Assembly (NCBI GenBank): GCA_051362555.1
Contig: CM120648.1
Span: forward strand, 6,754,587-6,818,586
Length of the DNA stretch: 64,000 bases
Direction: 5' to 3'
Source: Lingula anatina
Lineage: Eukaryota; Animalia; Brachiopoda
Shown here: one piece after another, positions 28,001 through 40,390 of the stretch
How positions within the stretch are numbered: the stretch's first letter is position 1
Layout of the letters: every line of letters starts with the position of its first letter
Notes under the pieces: generated by a model
The model's database searches: none
What the model saw: only the letters and a program-made list of their open reading frames with translations
What the model was told of the DNA's origin: nothing
Program-made: the position numbers and the translations under genes

Positions 28001-28371
28001 TTTTAAATTAGCATTTCCCATTTAACTATTGTATTATTTGTTAATTAGGTTTTAGATCAATGCCAATGTATATTGATATTTTCAGGTGCTGTTATAGTGT
28101 TCACTGCTCTCCTCTCTGTGGCATTCCTGGGTCGTATTATCAAGACTTACATGTGGGTTGGAATATTCTGGGTCATCGCAGGTCTGGCCCTGGTGGGGGT
28201 GGCTGATGTCGTGTTTGGGGACCATGACAAATCTGATACAAACGGTATCATCGCAGGTAATGAAAACCATTTAAGTTCTTGTAAGATTTTGGATTTAGTA
28301 ATGTTGCACAATGTGATATACTGTTAGAAAATATCCACATTATTGGCAGTTGTCCCCCAAGTCATTTTCAG

Positions 28372-28412
<41 letters not shown>

Positions 28413-29151
28413 CTATACACTTTTATATATCCCAATATTTCAGGTGACTTATTAATTATCATGGCCCAGATCATAGTGGCAGTGCAGATGGTTGTAGAGG
28501 AGAAATTTGTGATGAAACACAATGTGCCACCTCTACAGGCAGTAGGCTGGGAAGGTAGGAATGTGTTAGCTGTGACAATATCAATGTGTTGAGCTACATT
28601 AGTGTGTTAGGTGTGACAGTCTCATCGTGTTAGGTGTGACAGTATCAGTGTGTTAGGTGTGACAATGTGTACGCTGTGACAGCAAAGGGCCATTAGCTGT
28701 GACTATTTCAGAGTGTAAATTGTGAAAATGTGTGTAAGGCATGGCAGCATCAATGTGTTAGGTGTTACAGCAATGTGACAGTACTAGTGTGTTAAGTGTG
28801 TCAGCAAGTCTAGTGTACTTCCACATCAACACCTTGTTGGAATTACAGCTACAGCATTGGAACAAGTATAATAGTAATAATTTATTTAGCACTTAAATAA
28901 ATACCTAATCTTAGTATTTTGCAAATTTTTAGGATTCTTTGGTTTTACTATCCTTGGTATACTGCTGGTCCCTATGTACTACATTGATGTTGGGCATCCG
29001 TTTAGCGACAACCCAGAAGGAAGGTTAGAAGATGCCATTGATGGATTTATACAAATATCTAATAGCTGGATTGTGGCACTTGCAACCTTTGGTAGGTAAT
29101 GGGTACAATGACCAAATTGATTGTAGGATAATGAATTAACGAAATACAATT

Positions 29152-29186
<35 letters not shown>

Positions 29187-31381
29187 TTACTTTTGTGATA
29201 ATGCATGTCATTTTCCACTGTATCTCAATATACTTTAATATGTAGAATTTTGTGTACAGACTTGAAGACAAAGTTAACATTATTACTATTGTAGATTAAA
29301 GCACTTATTATAAAAAAACTTCTGAGGTATGTGTTGTATATATATATATACCAGTCACCAGGTAGCATGTGAGGTATAGAAATATTAATTCATTGGTATA
29401 AGCAAAATGTCAGTCTGTTAATCAAAATGTCAAAATGTAAATCTCTAATTGTTACTGTAATAAGACAGAATTATTAGTCATTAAGACAGAAGAGCGTGGT
29501 TTAATCACACTCAATTTATCTCTTTCAGGTAACATAGTCAGTATCGCATTTTTCAACTTCTCTGGTATCTCTGTTACCAAGGAGATGAGTGCGACGACGC
29601 GTATGGTCCTGGACAGCTTGAGGACGGCGTCCATCTGGGTGGTCACCCTGGCAGTAGGCTGGCAGACCTTTCAGTATTTACAGGTACACATGCATGCCTT
29701 AGGGCTCATTGCCAATGTAACTATTGTTCTATGTAGATAGGTCCAACTCCCTGGAGACTCTTTCTGGAGGCAGTTGCCTGCTAAGGTTGCCTGCTCATTT
29801 AGGGTGTAGATTTCGCATACTTCAATGCTAGTTCATTTCTGGTTTAGTTAGAGCTCAACTGAGCCTCCAGCCAAATAAAGCTTACTCTTATAAATTTATG
29901 TGGTGGTAGCCAGTTTATTTATTTTAATTATACATTCTCAGGGGCGTAACCAGACCATTTAAAATTGTACGCACAGATTTTGAAAATTCTCAGGTACGAT
30001 TATATTCCGTTGAAAAATACACTGAATTTATGGAGAATAATATCATGGTTGGCTCAAAAAATTGTACGCACAGTGCATCCGTGCGTATGCCTGGTTACGC
30101 CCCTGATTCTTGATTTTTATGTTTACTTACCTGTTAATGTGTTTTTTAGTGATAAATTTATTTATTCAGCTCAACTTGATTTTGTTTTACTTTCTGAAGC
30201 TGTATTGCAAATATGTCCATGTTCAACTTCTGTAGTCAGAGAAAGTCAAGTTTTCATCCTGAATCTTCTTTTCTTTCAGCTCATTGGTTTCTTCCTTCTA
30301 TTTGTGGGCATGTGTCTGTATAACGACATTATCATCCTGCCACTGATGAGGAAATATGGTGTGTGTGGGCTTCACCCGCCAGAGGGAGAGGAAGGCAAAC
30401 GACTTGTTACAACCAGTGGGGATGAAGATGGTATATAGTTGCCATGAAATATGTTTAAGCCTTTTTTTAAAGTAAAATTTTATATTGATAAATTGGCAAG
30501 TTGAGAAATAAATGTTGCAATAGATTGTTGAGCTTTGCTATATGTTGGTGGCATGTTTTTTAACTAAATGCTTTGCTGTATGTTGGCGGTATGTTGTTGA
30601 GCTATAGTTTTCCTATATATTGGTCATTCATTTTTGAGCTAAATGCTTTGCTAAATGGTGACTGTAAATTATTTAGGGGCTACTGTGCTAGTATTAAGGC
30701 TTTGCTTCATATATAGGCAATTGGTATTTTTTGTCAAAGTCTTTGCGATGAGCTTTGTTTTGCACAATTTTAAGGGCATGACATAAAATGTTTATTGGTT
30801 TCACCTTGCCGTGTAAGTTACAAACATAACGATGCAAAATGCACACAAATGTTCCAGACAAAGACACGCAAAACCAGATTTTGAACTGTGATCATTGCAA
30901 TATTTTGATATAGACATTAAAAGACTGATTATTGAGCAAAAAAATAAAAGCAAATATGAAAATATGACAGAATAAATGAGGACATTAACATTTTCTAACA
31001 TGAAGCAATTATTAATTAGTAAGTCAGAGAAATATATGTTACTTATTATAAATAGCCCAAGTAACAGAACTGCTTATTATTAACTGAAACATTTTATTTT
31101 CTTGAAATTAACTCTTGTAAGTTGTAATAATTATTATGTTAAATTTCCATCCTTGGAAATGTGTATAGATTTATTTTAAAGGAGCCCCATGGGGTATGAT
31201 TTGGTAAAGTTCAAGGTCACTTAATCATGAAGTATAACTGATTGAAATTGTGTAATTTTGATCATTCTAATTTTGAATTTTTATTTCCCCTATTCAAGTA
31301 TCTTCATATAAGACAATAGGAGATTATGGTGAGCCAAATGGACTGTTTGCCACGCATCAAGAGGCTCAGGTCATCAACTAG
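25064..31381 (+). CDS. SLC35F6: Solute carrier family 35 member F6 (nucleotide-sugar transporter family), ~396 aa
   Basis: Exons 25064-25140, 27224-27293, 27523-27736, 28086-28256, 28444-28554, 28933-29091, 29529-29683, 30280-30430, 31299-31381; 1191 nt in frame. Motifs MAWTCYQICLA..GTINTLSTKWAD, HPFLQAVGMFLGELSCL, PPALCDMCGTS, ASSFQMLRGAV, PLQAVGWEG, FNFSGISVTKEMSATTRMVLDSLRT. Confidence 0.95.
26369..26583. mobile_element. MITE, PIF/Harbinger-like, in SLC35F6 intron 1
   Basis: Imperfect TIRs (atttccatagattagatcga / tcgatctaaaatctatgggaat) flanked by TAA on both sides (26366-26368, 26584-26586). The left terminus is degenerate. Confidence 0.6.
28561..28803. repeat. Degenerate minisatellite, ~23-bp unit with core gtgttaggtgtgaca
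   Basis: Repeated gtgttag(g/c)tgtgaca cores in SLC35F6 intron 5. Confidence 0.75.
29939..30105. mobile_element. 167-bp MITE with perfect 15-bp TIRs and 5-bp target-site duplication
   Basis: TIRs CAGGGGCGTAACCAG / CTGGTTACGCCCCTG; ATTCT at 29934-29938 and 30106-30110; internal direct repeat aaaattgtacgcacag. Confidence 0.85.
30530..30660. repeat. Degenerate ~38-bp tandem repeat
   Basis: Recurrent gctttgct(a/g)tatgttgg and ctaaatgctttgct units in the last SLC35F6 intron. Confidence 0.55.
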
Positions 31382-32045
31382 ACAGCGAGTGGACATCTGG
31401 GGTTACATGGATAGAAATGTTGAACAATCAGAAAATAACAAAACAGACATGGAATTTCTACAGCTTGACATTTTAAGGACATTCTCTTTGTTAAAAACTC
31501 TTTGCAGAACTACAAAAAACTTGTGTTAATGGGCTAAAACAATTGATCATGTCAGGATGTGACTGGCAAAGATTGCTTGGTGAATGTAAGGCAATATGAC
31601 TGGAGCCATTGTGAGCTCATGCAGAAGATCATGCTTAATAAGCAATTCGCTGGAATGGAAGAATATTTGCATTCAGGTGCTTTTCTGAAGTTATGGAATG
31701 GCACCAAAATAATTAAGATTGCTTGATAAATTAATTAGATCAAAACAGGGTAGGCCTACTGCATACCCAAAAGTGGTCTAAATGAGATTGGTAATAATAT
31801 TGTATCATGTCAGATCTTCGTATTTTTGTCTTTTTCTAGAACATTTATTTATATCATTTTAGATACAAAAGCAGATAAGATTTTTTAAAAATTGGATCAA
31901 GCAGTGATTGTTTTTTGGGGAAAGAAAGGGTGCTGATCAATATGCAATATGCATGTAGGCCTATATGCCTGTTTTTTTTCTTCTTAATAAGTTCACTTTG
32001 AGTTCACTATTTTTCATGCATTCACTTTGTCTTCATTCTCTCTCT

Positions 32046-32077
<32 letters not shown>

Positions 32078-32544
32078 TAATTTATTGTTAAGGACCACTT
32101 TTTAGTATAGAATATCATATCTCATCTTACATATAATTTCTGTATTTAATCTTAATCAAGTTATCTGCATATTGAAATTTTCAGTTGATTGTATTCTGTT
32201 TTAAATGCTCATCAGAATAATGAAATTATTTTTATTATATGCTAAGCGAGTCTGTGTTGTTATTCAGGTTATGATCACATTATGAGCACTATTTTTACGA
32301 AAAGCTTAGAGATTCATATAGATTTCATTAATGGGGACATAGAAAGGGCACACATGACGTTTCGCTAACACAGTTCGTCATCTTTGGCGCGCCTTGCACC
32401 GACGACGCAACGTCACACGTGTGCGTCATAAACGCTGGACGTGAAGGTCGCGTCAACAGCGTAGCCAACAAAATGGAGGACTATGCCATAGTTCAGTTCT
32501 TACCCAATTGATAGTTTTCGTTATTTTCTGCACTGTGCAAGAAG

Positions 32545-35500
32545 ATGCTCCGACTGGTAGACTGTACCATATTCCTGTGTGTTCTGCTGTTGTTTGCTAC
32601 TGTTAAGACAAATGGATTACACAAGGAAGAACTCGCAGGTCAGCCCAGAAACGGTAGTATTCAGTAGACTTAGATCTATTTTAATGAAAATAATGACCAA
32701 CGTAACGGTTAGCACTATCACAAAAGCCCGTTGTAATTTCTGATATACAGCAAATCACCATGCTGTTCAATAAAGGGCTAAAAAGCTTAGTTTTACAACG
32801 GTATCCAGGAACCGAGTTAAAATGGAAATTTTGTATCTGAAACTGGCCTTGTTAAAACGTATCTTAAACGTACAACTTTCTCAGAAAAAAGTCCATTGTA
32901 ACAAATGAACACGAAGAAATTAACAAGTAAATATAACATGAAAAAAAATTTTTTTTCGAAAATTCGGTTATGGTATTATATTTAAGTTGTAGTAAAGTGA
33001 AAATCTTACAAATATATGAATAGCATGTTGAATGAAAAGTTTGTAATTGAATTCAAATTTTGTTTGTACAGAAGTCAAAAACGATTTGTCGACAAAATCG
33101 AGACGTCATGCCAAATTAGACACGGAAGTGGAATCACTTCCCTCTGCCAGGTACGCTAGAAATTATGAGGCAGAAAACACAAACGTGAGAACTCACAAAA
33201 GAAGTGTGCAAGACAAAACACCTCCAAAAATGCACGTCAAAGTGAAACTAACGAACGTCACCGAACGTCGAGGACTTAAAACATCGGACGTAAAAAAACT
33301 TTCTAAAGAAGGGAAGGACAAAATCAAGCATCTTGATATTGGATTGCCGTCGAAAGACAAGAAACTTGCCGACGCACTCAGGCGGGCAATGTCCGTCAAC
33401 GTTTTGAAAGATGGAAGCATTCGTACAAAGGAACACAAGTTAAATGCAAAAACAAATGGCTCAAAAATGGATATTTCCCCCACTATATACCCAGAGAAGG
33501 ACGTGATCTCAGAGGACAAAAGATTGCTCACTTTTTGGAAGGAAAAGTTCACCCCGTGGCTGTTAAAAAGTCTTAAATCTGGCAACAAACACCCGCCTTC
33601 TTATAAATCTGCCAAAGAGCACAAAATGCACGTTGCTTTCCTAAAAACGCTCATTGCGCATTTGAAGAAGAAACACAACAAAAAGCAATCTTCAAGCTAT
33701 TTACACAAAGTCAAAAACAAAACAGAGATTATTAATAATTTGAATACAACTGTTTCCAACCGGTCATATTATCAAAATGCCACTACTAGCAGTGGATCAA
33801 GAAAGGTAAAAAATAACGCTGCCAAAGTAAACGGCTCAAAGGTTCCACATGATGTCGTTAAGATAACCCCAACTGCTAGCGCCACGACTCCCAATGTCAC
33901 CAGTAGTAATGCATCAAGGAAGGTCAAAGATAAATATAAAGTTCCATATAATGCCGTTGAAATTATCCCAACCCGCGCTCCAAAGCAAAAGAAAGGCAGC
34001 ATACCGTACGAACGAGTGGGAATCATCCCCACCAGAAGACCGAAGAAAAACAACACGGTCCCGCTTAAAGCTGTGGAAATTATCCCTACCAAAGCCCCAT
34101 TTCGTAAGAAAACCATCGTACCTTACAACAAGGTGGAGATAATACCTACAACCATCCCCACCAAAAGACCGAAGAAAAACAACATGGCCCCTCTTGAAGC
34201 TGTGGAAATTATCCCTACCAAAGCTCCATTTCGCAAGAAGGTGGAGATAAAGGTGGATATAAAACCAACGCAAGGGAAAAAGAAATCAAAGAAACTGCAT
34301 GCTGTTATCAAAGCAAAGAAAACAAAGCAAATGCAAAGAAAACTTGGAAAAGGTAAAGAGAACAGCCTTGTGTACAAGAAAGTACAAAAGTCAGAGCCAG
34401 AAGGCAAGCCGACCATGAAACGTACAGGAACAAGCTTCAGGAAAACAGTCGTGCAGTACACCGCCAGCCAAAACGCTCGAAACATAGACCAAAATGAGAA
34501 ATACATGGCCCAGGCTTACAACGATACCAGTGGGCCCTTTTATCTGGCCAGTCTTAGAAAAGAGACAAGCCCTCAACAGACTCCCGCCGCCCTTAAGCCC
34601 GCCGCCCTTAAGCCCGCTACGAGGTTGTGTGATAAGGGGAAAACGTTTTACGTGTCCACCTGGACTGAGTGGTCAGCGTGGGGTCACTGCTCGGTGACTT
34701 GTGGCCAGACGGGGCACTTGACCAGATACCGATCGTGTGTCCGAGTTGAAGGCCAACCGTGTCCGGGCGGAAAATGGCGAGAGATGAAAGCGTATGTCAA
34801 GTTACAGAGCTGTCCAGGTAATGGTATAATTGAAAATGTACGGTTTATATATGAATATAAGGATAAAAAAATAAATAAAGAGAAAAAAATATCTAAAATA
34901 AACATCCAATAGTGATTCAAATTAGAACCCCTTAAAGGTTTTTCAACGAAATCAGCGCTCAAAGAGGTCTGGGACACCTCGATATTATCCAGAAGTTGTA
35001 TAAACATCATCGATAGATTCACAGCCTGAGTTAAAGTGTCAGTTTCAAGATGAGTCTATAAGATGTATTTAGAATTCAAAAAATTAAAAAAAGCATTTTA
35101 GGCGCACTCATTTTGGTCTGTAACACAATTTTAATGAAATGTGAATATAAAAGGTTTTGCACTTATTTGATTTTTTTATTCTATGGCAATGATTGAAATA
35201 ATAATAATTATTATATAAAATGCTGTTCGTTTTGAAATAGATTTTTTCGGCTGGTCGCAGTGGCTACCATGGACAGAATGCTCAGCGACTTGTGGCATGG
35301 GTTTCCGAAGCAGGTCCAGAACATGTATTATCACTTCGGGTCTGGTCATGTGTCCCGGAAACGGAAATGAAGTTGTTCGATGTGTGATTAGAAGATGCCC
35401 CAAACCACACCGAGTTAAAGGTATGATATGCATTTAGTTGCATTTAATTTTTTTTATAATGGAAAGTGTGACTGATGTTTCCATCATTTATTTCATCAGG

Positions 35501-38500
35501 TATTATTTTTTGTACATTAATTTATTTTGCATATCTTTTCAATTTTTCACTTTCCAATTCACTTGCGTCGTTAATAAAAGACTTGGAAAAAAGGCTACTA
35601 TCATTTTGATCAAGTTCGCACTGGCAAAGGTCACAGAAGTTATCTGAAATGTCTTTTATGTATAGCGCATGATCGAACTGAGATCAATTTAAACGTGATT
35701 TAAACAACACTTAATCGCACGTTATTTTGGAGACAGCTGTAATTAGTTAAGCGTAGAATACACCAATCCACATCACAAACAAACTTTTGTCATTTTTAGC
35801 AATCCCCCAAATGAAACGCATCCATATGACCACGGCTTTACAGAATAGGGGCCAAGGCCGTCCAACGGTCACTGCAGCCGTCCATTTTCGGTGGTCGGAG
35901 TGGAGTCGCTGGTCATCATGCACCGTCACTTGCGGCGAGGGGGTTGAGATGAGAAAGCGAGTGTGTCAGGGAGAGGATGGGACCAGGGGCGGCCATTGCG
36001 ACGGCGGCCATCTTCAGGAAAGACTCTGTATCAATAATGCGTGTAACACAGGTAATTATGTGGCAAATGGCGCCAAGTTTGATGGCTGGGTGGCTGTCAC
36101 CGTGCGAGAAAGAGTAAAATAAAATAAAGACACCAAAACATGAAAAAAAAGAAAGAAATAAAGCATCATTTACTTTATCACTGCACCCATATTATAAATC
36201 TAGAGAACAGTGTATGACACGCGTTCCCTAGGAATTTCAAGATATTTTCAGTTAGGAAAAAAAATAAATAAATAAAGCAAACATGAAGTTATCATGGGCT
36301 ATGGATTAAAATTAAAATAATGGGCAAACTGAAGCTTCATAAAATAGATCTTTCACTGCGAAGATATCTGTGCCACTCTAATCCTGCAAATTTTTATTCA
36401 TTTATTATTTATTTACTATTATTATTATTTATTATCTTTTTTGTAGCCAACATCGCCCGGCCGATCACTGGAAACGAAGGATCTAAAGTCATACTACGGT
36501 GTCTTTATGACCTAACAGCGACACCTACCGAGATCTACTGGATCACGCCTAACGGAGACCGGATTACCAAAGGCAGTACTGACCCAAGGTAGTGTCACTG
36601 ATTAATGATTTTTTTTCACAACATTGTCTTTGTTTTTGTCTAATAGCATGTTATTGGTAGGGCTAAAAGTTCAATGTGTGAAATTGAGGTATTTAGCAAA
36701 AAAAAAGCCTTGGACTAAAATTGCTTTAGATATGGATAACGTCATCAGACAAAATACTTTTTACCGGTGATTCAAGAGTTTCAAGACAAGCAGGAAGTAC
36801 AAAACTTATGTAAAAAGTATTTGTTTTCCGTCCCAATATATCTAATAACCGGGTTTTAAATTCGTAATATCAATATAAATATAGTTTAAGACCATTATTC
36901 CAAACCTAGATTATTCTGTGACATGGAACTATTTTCTTATTTTAAATTCATTTAATTCTGGATTAAAGAATCACATAGTTCAGTTTACGATATAGTCATG
37001 GTTTCATCTCGTCCTAGATACAAGATGGAAGGCAGACGACTCATTATAAACCACGTCGGCTCCTACGCAGCTGGAACCTACCACTGCGTCGTAAAGCAAG
37101 CCGACAAGAGAAAGATGACTGCAGACGCTCTCCTAGGTAATGACGCTTTGTTTGAAGATATTCTTTCAGCAAAGAGCATTTTAAAGAGTTTTGCGGTCGT
37201 ACTTGCTGATACACAATTTTAAAAAGAAACAGAGCTAACCAATAAATAACTGGTCACACTGACGTTATGAATCATAGCACTCATATATTATGCTTATTAC
37301 TTAACTTTCTTTCTTAACTTTCATTTAGACATTTTTCTTTATGCCATTCTTTTAAATCTTCAAGACATTTTATATTTCATGTCCAGCCGTTATAGACTGT
37401 GCCAGTGACCCGTGTATGAACCAGGGGAAGTGTGTAGAGTGGGAGGAGGGGCACTCGACCTCCAAATATTTCAAGTTTTACTGCCAGTGTCCGTCCGGCT
37501 ACGGCGGTACTCTTTGTGAGCGAGGTACAGTATAACGTCAATAAAATACTGATCACAATTTTTACGAAGTAATGCAAGGCTTTATAAAAGGACAGTTTCA
37601 TCATTTTTGTTTATGTAATAGTTATACATAAATAAACAGACCATTGCACTTTTTCTTTCAGCAGAAGATGAGGAATTCGTATATATTTTGCTTGGATCGA
37701 TGGTATTGTTTGCAATCCTGGTTGTTGGCGTTTTTATAGCTTTTTTTACCATTAGAAAAAGGTAAAACATTTTTCTCTTGAATTATACATTTATATTTTG
37801 TAAACAAAGATTCCTTGCTCTTAAATTTGACTTAGTATGAAAACCTTTAGGTGTGATAATGAGAGGTATTTTAGATAAAAAAATCTTTATCAAGCAGGAT
37901 GAAATAAAAAGATCTCTTAACCCCGCGTGTGAAATATTTTTAATTAAATCAAGTGCATCTAGCCGTTTTATTGCCTGGACATAAATACAGCGTTTTAAAT
38001 CCGGATTTGCAGATCGCAGAAAAAGAAACTGGAGAAGGAGCAGTGCTATGTTTGCCGCCAACAAGGTCGCCCGGGCCCGGATGTCTATAGCCCGTGTGAG
38101 GAAAACACCTACGACAGAAGGGCACGTTTAGGTAATGAATATTAAGCATGCACACAATCGAGCACGCGAGAGAATGACAGACACAGAATCGCGCGCGTGC
38201 GTACGTGTACGCACGCAGACACTGCTTGGTGGGCATCTTGCCCTAAGTCGATATACTACACCTACTATATATGTTACAAATGAACGTACGAACACGGCAG
38301 TTTCGGATTTTAGATAAGAAAAATGTGTTAAGAAACAAAACATTTTTAACACGATGTTTTTTTTATCAGTCAACCTTCAAATTTCAGCCAGGAAAACTAA
38401 AAGAACTAAAAGAAGAACATTTCCAGATCCCAGCAAGAAAGTGTCGTGGGTGGAAAAGGAGCGAGGTATTGTCAACCCTGGTAACGAGGAAACTTTAGAC

Positions 38501-40390
38501 GACGGCGGCCTCGACTACGTGTACGAGCCTCCTGTCCCCACGAAGCGAGTAATGTCTCCGATCTCTAGTGACAGCTCCTGGGTGAAAATAGATGGCGCTG
38601 AGATCGATGTCCAAGATTTTAGAGAAGACGGGCAGGGTCATCTTGTTGAAATTGAATCCTATGGCGAGTATATGAGTATTTTTACGATCGTTTTTTAAAG
38701 AACAACCATGTAAATTTAATTTTGTATTTGTTTGTTTTTCCGTCTCTGTATTTATTTACATACTAATTTATCTACCTGTGCTATAGTCTTAGTGCATGTT
38801 ATCATTTGCAATAACACGCTCATTGTTAGCACGTATACAGTGCATTTGCTGGAGTTAAATATTTTGATTTTGATTTTATTTATTTAACTAATAATTAATT
38901 TACATATAATAGTTGAATACTTTTCTGAAATGTATTATTTAATAATAGGAACATAGACAATGAAATAACCTTTATTATTACATTATTATTATTATTATTA
39001 TTATTATTATACAGGTGAGGAAGGTATCGTACCGCCGGACACGGCACACCGAGTTGAAGAGGTGGGTGAAGAAGACAAAGAATGGTTTGGAACGTCGCTG
39101 GAACATATCGCCGAAGTCAACCAGACCGTCGTTGACATTGACGCTGTCCGGAAGTCTCCCAAGCTAAAGATGCCCAAAAGGCTGAATGTCAAAAAGTTGA
39201 AAAAACTACGGAAGTCTTCCAAGGGAGATAAGGCAAGGTCCTCAACGGAAAGTGTCGATGTTGAGTCCGATTCAGCAGCCGAGAAACAAGCAGAGCAGCT
39301 AGTTAAGGCAGTTGATGAACCAAGTGTTTCCAGTGACGATGCAGGCACACGCAAAACCAAAGAGGAGGCTGCTCATAATCCGCCCTCTCAAGATGCAAAG
39401 CCGCAACCCGTCATGTTTAATGTTCTTGGCATGCCAGTTAGGCCTTCGCCAGTCCGGGTAGCCAAAGTCGATGTCAATTTTTCTCCAGGAAGCAACGACC
39501 TGGAAACTACGGCTGTGCAGACGTCTTTTTCGTATTTGGATCTCGAGAGCGACGCGAGTTTTGATCAACGAACCGATCATTCTGACGCTGAGAGCGCCCA
39601 ACAACAACAACAGCAACAACAGACGAAGCGCGACATCTTCCCACCTTGGATCTCAAACGAAATCCCTAATGACGTCGTTGAAAGCGGTCGAGTGATAAAA
39701 ACCCCATATGCTGGGCAGGCAGCAAGTGTAGCTGAACAAGAAGGAACTGGTTCTCCAGCGGACGAGCGCAGGCCTGTCACGAGCGCCACTCTTGGTATCC
39801 AGACCTCGTTGTCGTCCATCGACCCTGATGGTAGCACCAATGCCAGTGAGGATAACAGTGTCCAAGAGGAAGAGGCAGGGGTCACTAGGGGCACTACCGA
39901 CAACGGTGACCTGTATCACACCCCCGCTGAGTCCAAAGATACAAGTGGCGGTAGCCCCGCACAGGGAATAGCGAGTTTTGATCAACGAACCGATCATTCT
40001 GACGCTGAGAGCGCCCAACAACAACAGACGAAGCGCGACATCTTCCAACCATGGATCTCAAACGAAATCCCTAATGACGTCGTTGAGAGCGGTCGAGTGA
40101 TAAAAACCCCATATGCTGGGCAGGCAGCAAGTGTAGCTGAACAAGAAGGAACTGGTTCTCCAGCGGACGAGCGCAGGCCTGTCACGAGCGCCACTCTTGG
40201 CATCCAGACCTCGTTGTCGTACATCGACCCTGATGGTAGCACCAATGCCAGTGAGGATAACAGTGTCCAAGAGGAAGAGGCAGGGGTCACTAGGGGCACT
40301 ACCGACAACGGTGACCTGTATCACACCCCCGCTGAGTCCCCAGATACAAGTGGCGGTAGCCCCGCACAGGGAATAGCAAAATGCGAATAG
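32545..40390 (+). CDS. TSP1x3-Ig-EGF single-pass membrane protein, copy A (C-terminally truncated and rearranged), ~1518 aa
   Basis: Exons 32545-32653 (alternative donor 32638), 33072-34817, 35241-35420, 35800-36051, 36447-36588, 37018-37136, 37387-37524, 37662-37761, 38013-38131, 38388-38663, 39015-40390; in frame throughout. Signal peptide [20 protein letters not shown]; three WxxWxxW..CS/TxTCG..RxRxC TSP1 repeats; Ig (VILRC..IYW..GTYHC); [27 protein letters not shown]; [28 protein letters not shown]. Confidence 0.8.
33860..34270 (+). repeat. Coding tandem repeat, ~20-aa V(E/K)IIPT units in Lys-rich region (copy A)
   Basis: [15 protein letters not shown] / [18 protein letters not shown] / [20 protein letters not shown] etc. 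Copy B (~43409-43948) has one extra 43-aa unit. Confidence 0.85.
39554..40375 (+). repeat. Nested in-frame tandem duplication (417 bp + 405 bp) in last exon of copy A
   Basis: gcgagttttgatcaacgaaccgatc starts at 39554 and 39971; the peptide [15 protein letters not shown]...GGSPAQGIA occurs twice. Units differ by 4 Gln codons and a few substitutions. Confidence 0.95.

Larger units (their letters stand above)
30834..40375 (+). repeat. Tandem segmental duplication, copy A
   Basis: Begins gcaaaatgcacacaaatgttccagacaaagacacgc (same as 40390) and is colinear with 40390-49656 through introns and exons. Confidence 0.95.

Noticed and set aside
28561-28803. Spaced repeats resembling a CRISPR array
   Set aside because: Degenerate units with only ~8-nt similar spacers inside a eukaryotic intron, no cas genes; minisatellite.
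31326-31529. 67-aa ORF overlapping the SLC35F6 end
   Set aside because: Out of frame with the spliced CDS and disrupted by a stop in the duplicate copy; 3'UTR.
33193-34576. Multiple 60-130 aa minus-strand ORFs (also 39007-40423, 42686-44184, 48749-49670)
   Set aside because: Antisense shadows of the large plus-strand exons; no independent splice or domain evidence.
37387-37524. Calling the receptor a neuregulin/EGFR ligand
   Set aside because: EGF cysteine spacing and the missing GxRC arginine do not fit EGFR ligands; left unassigned.
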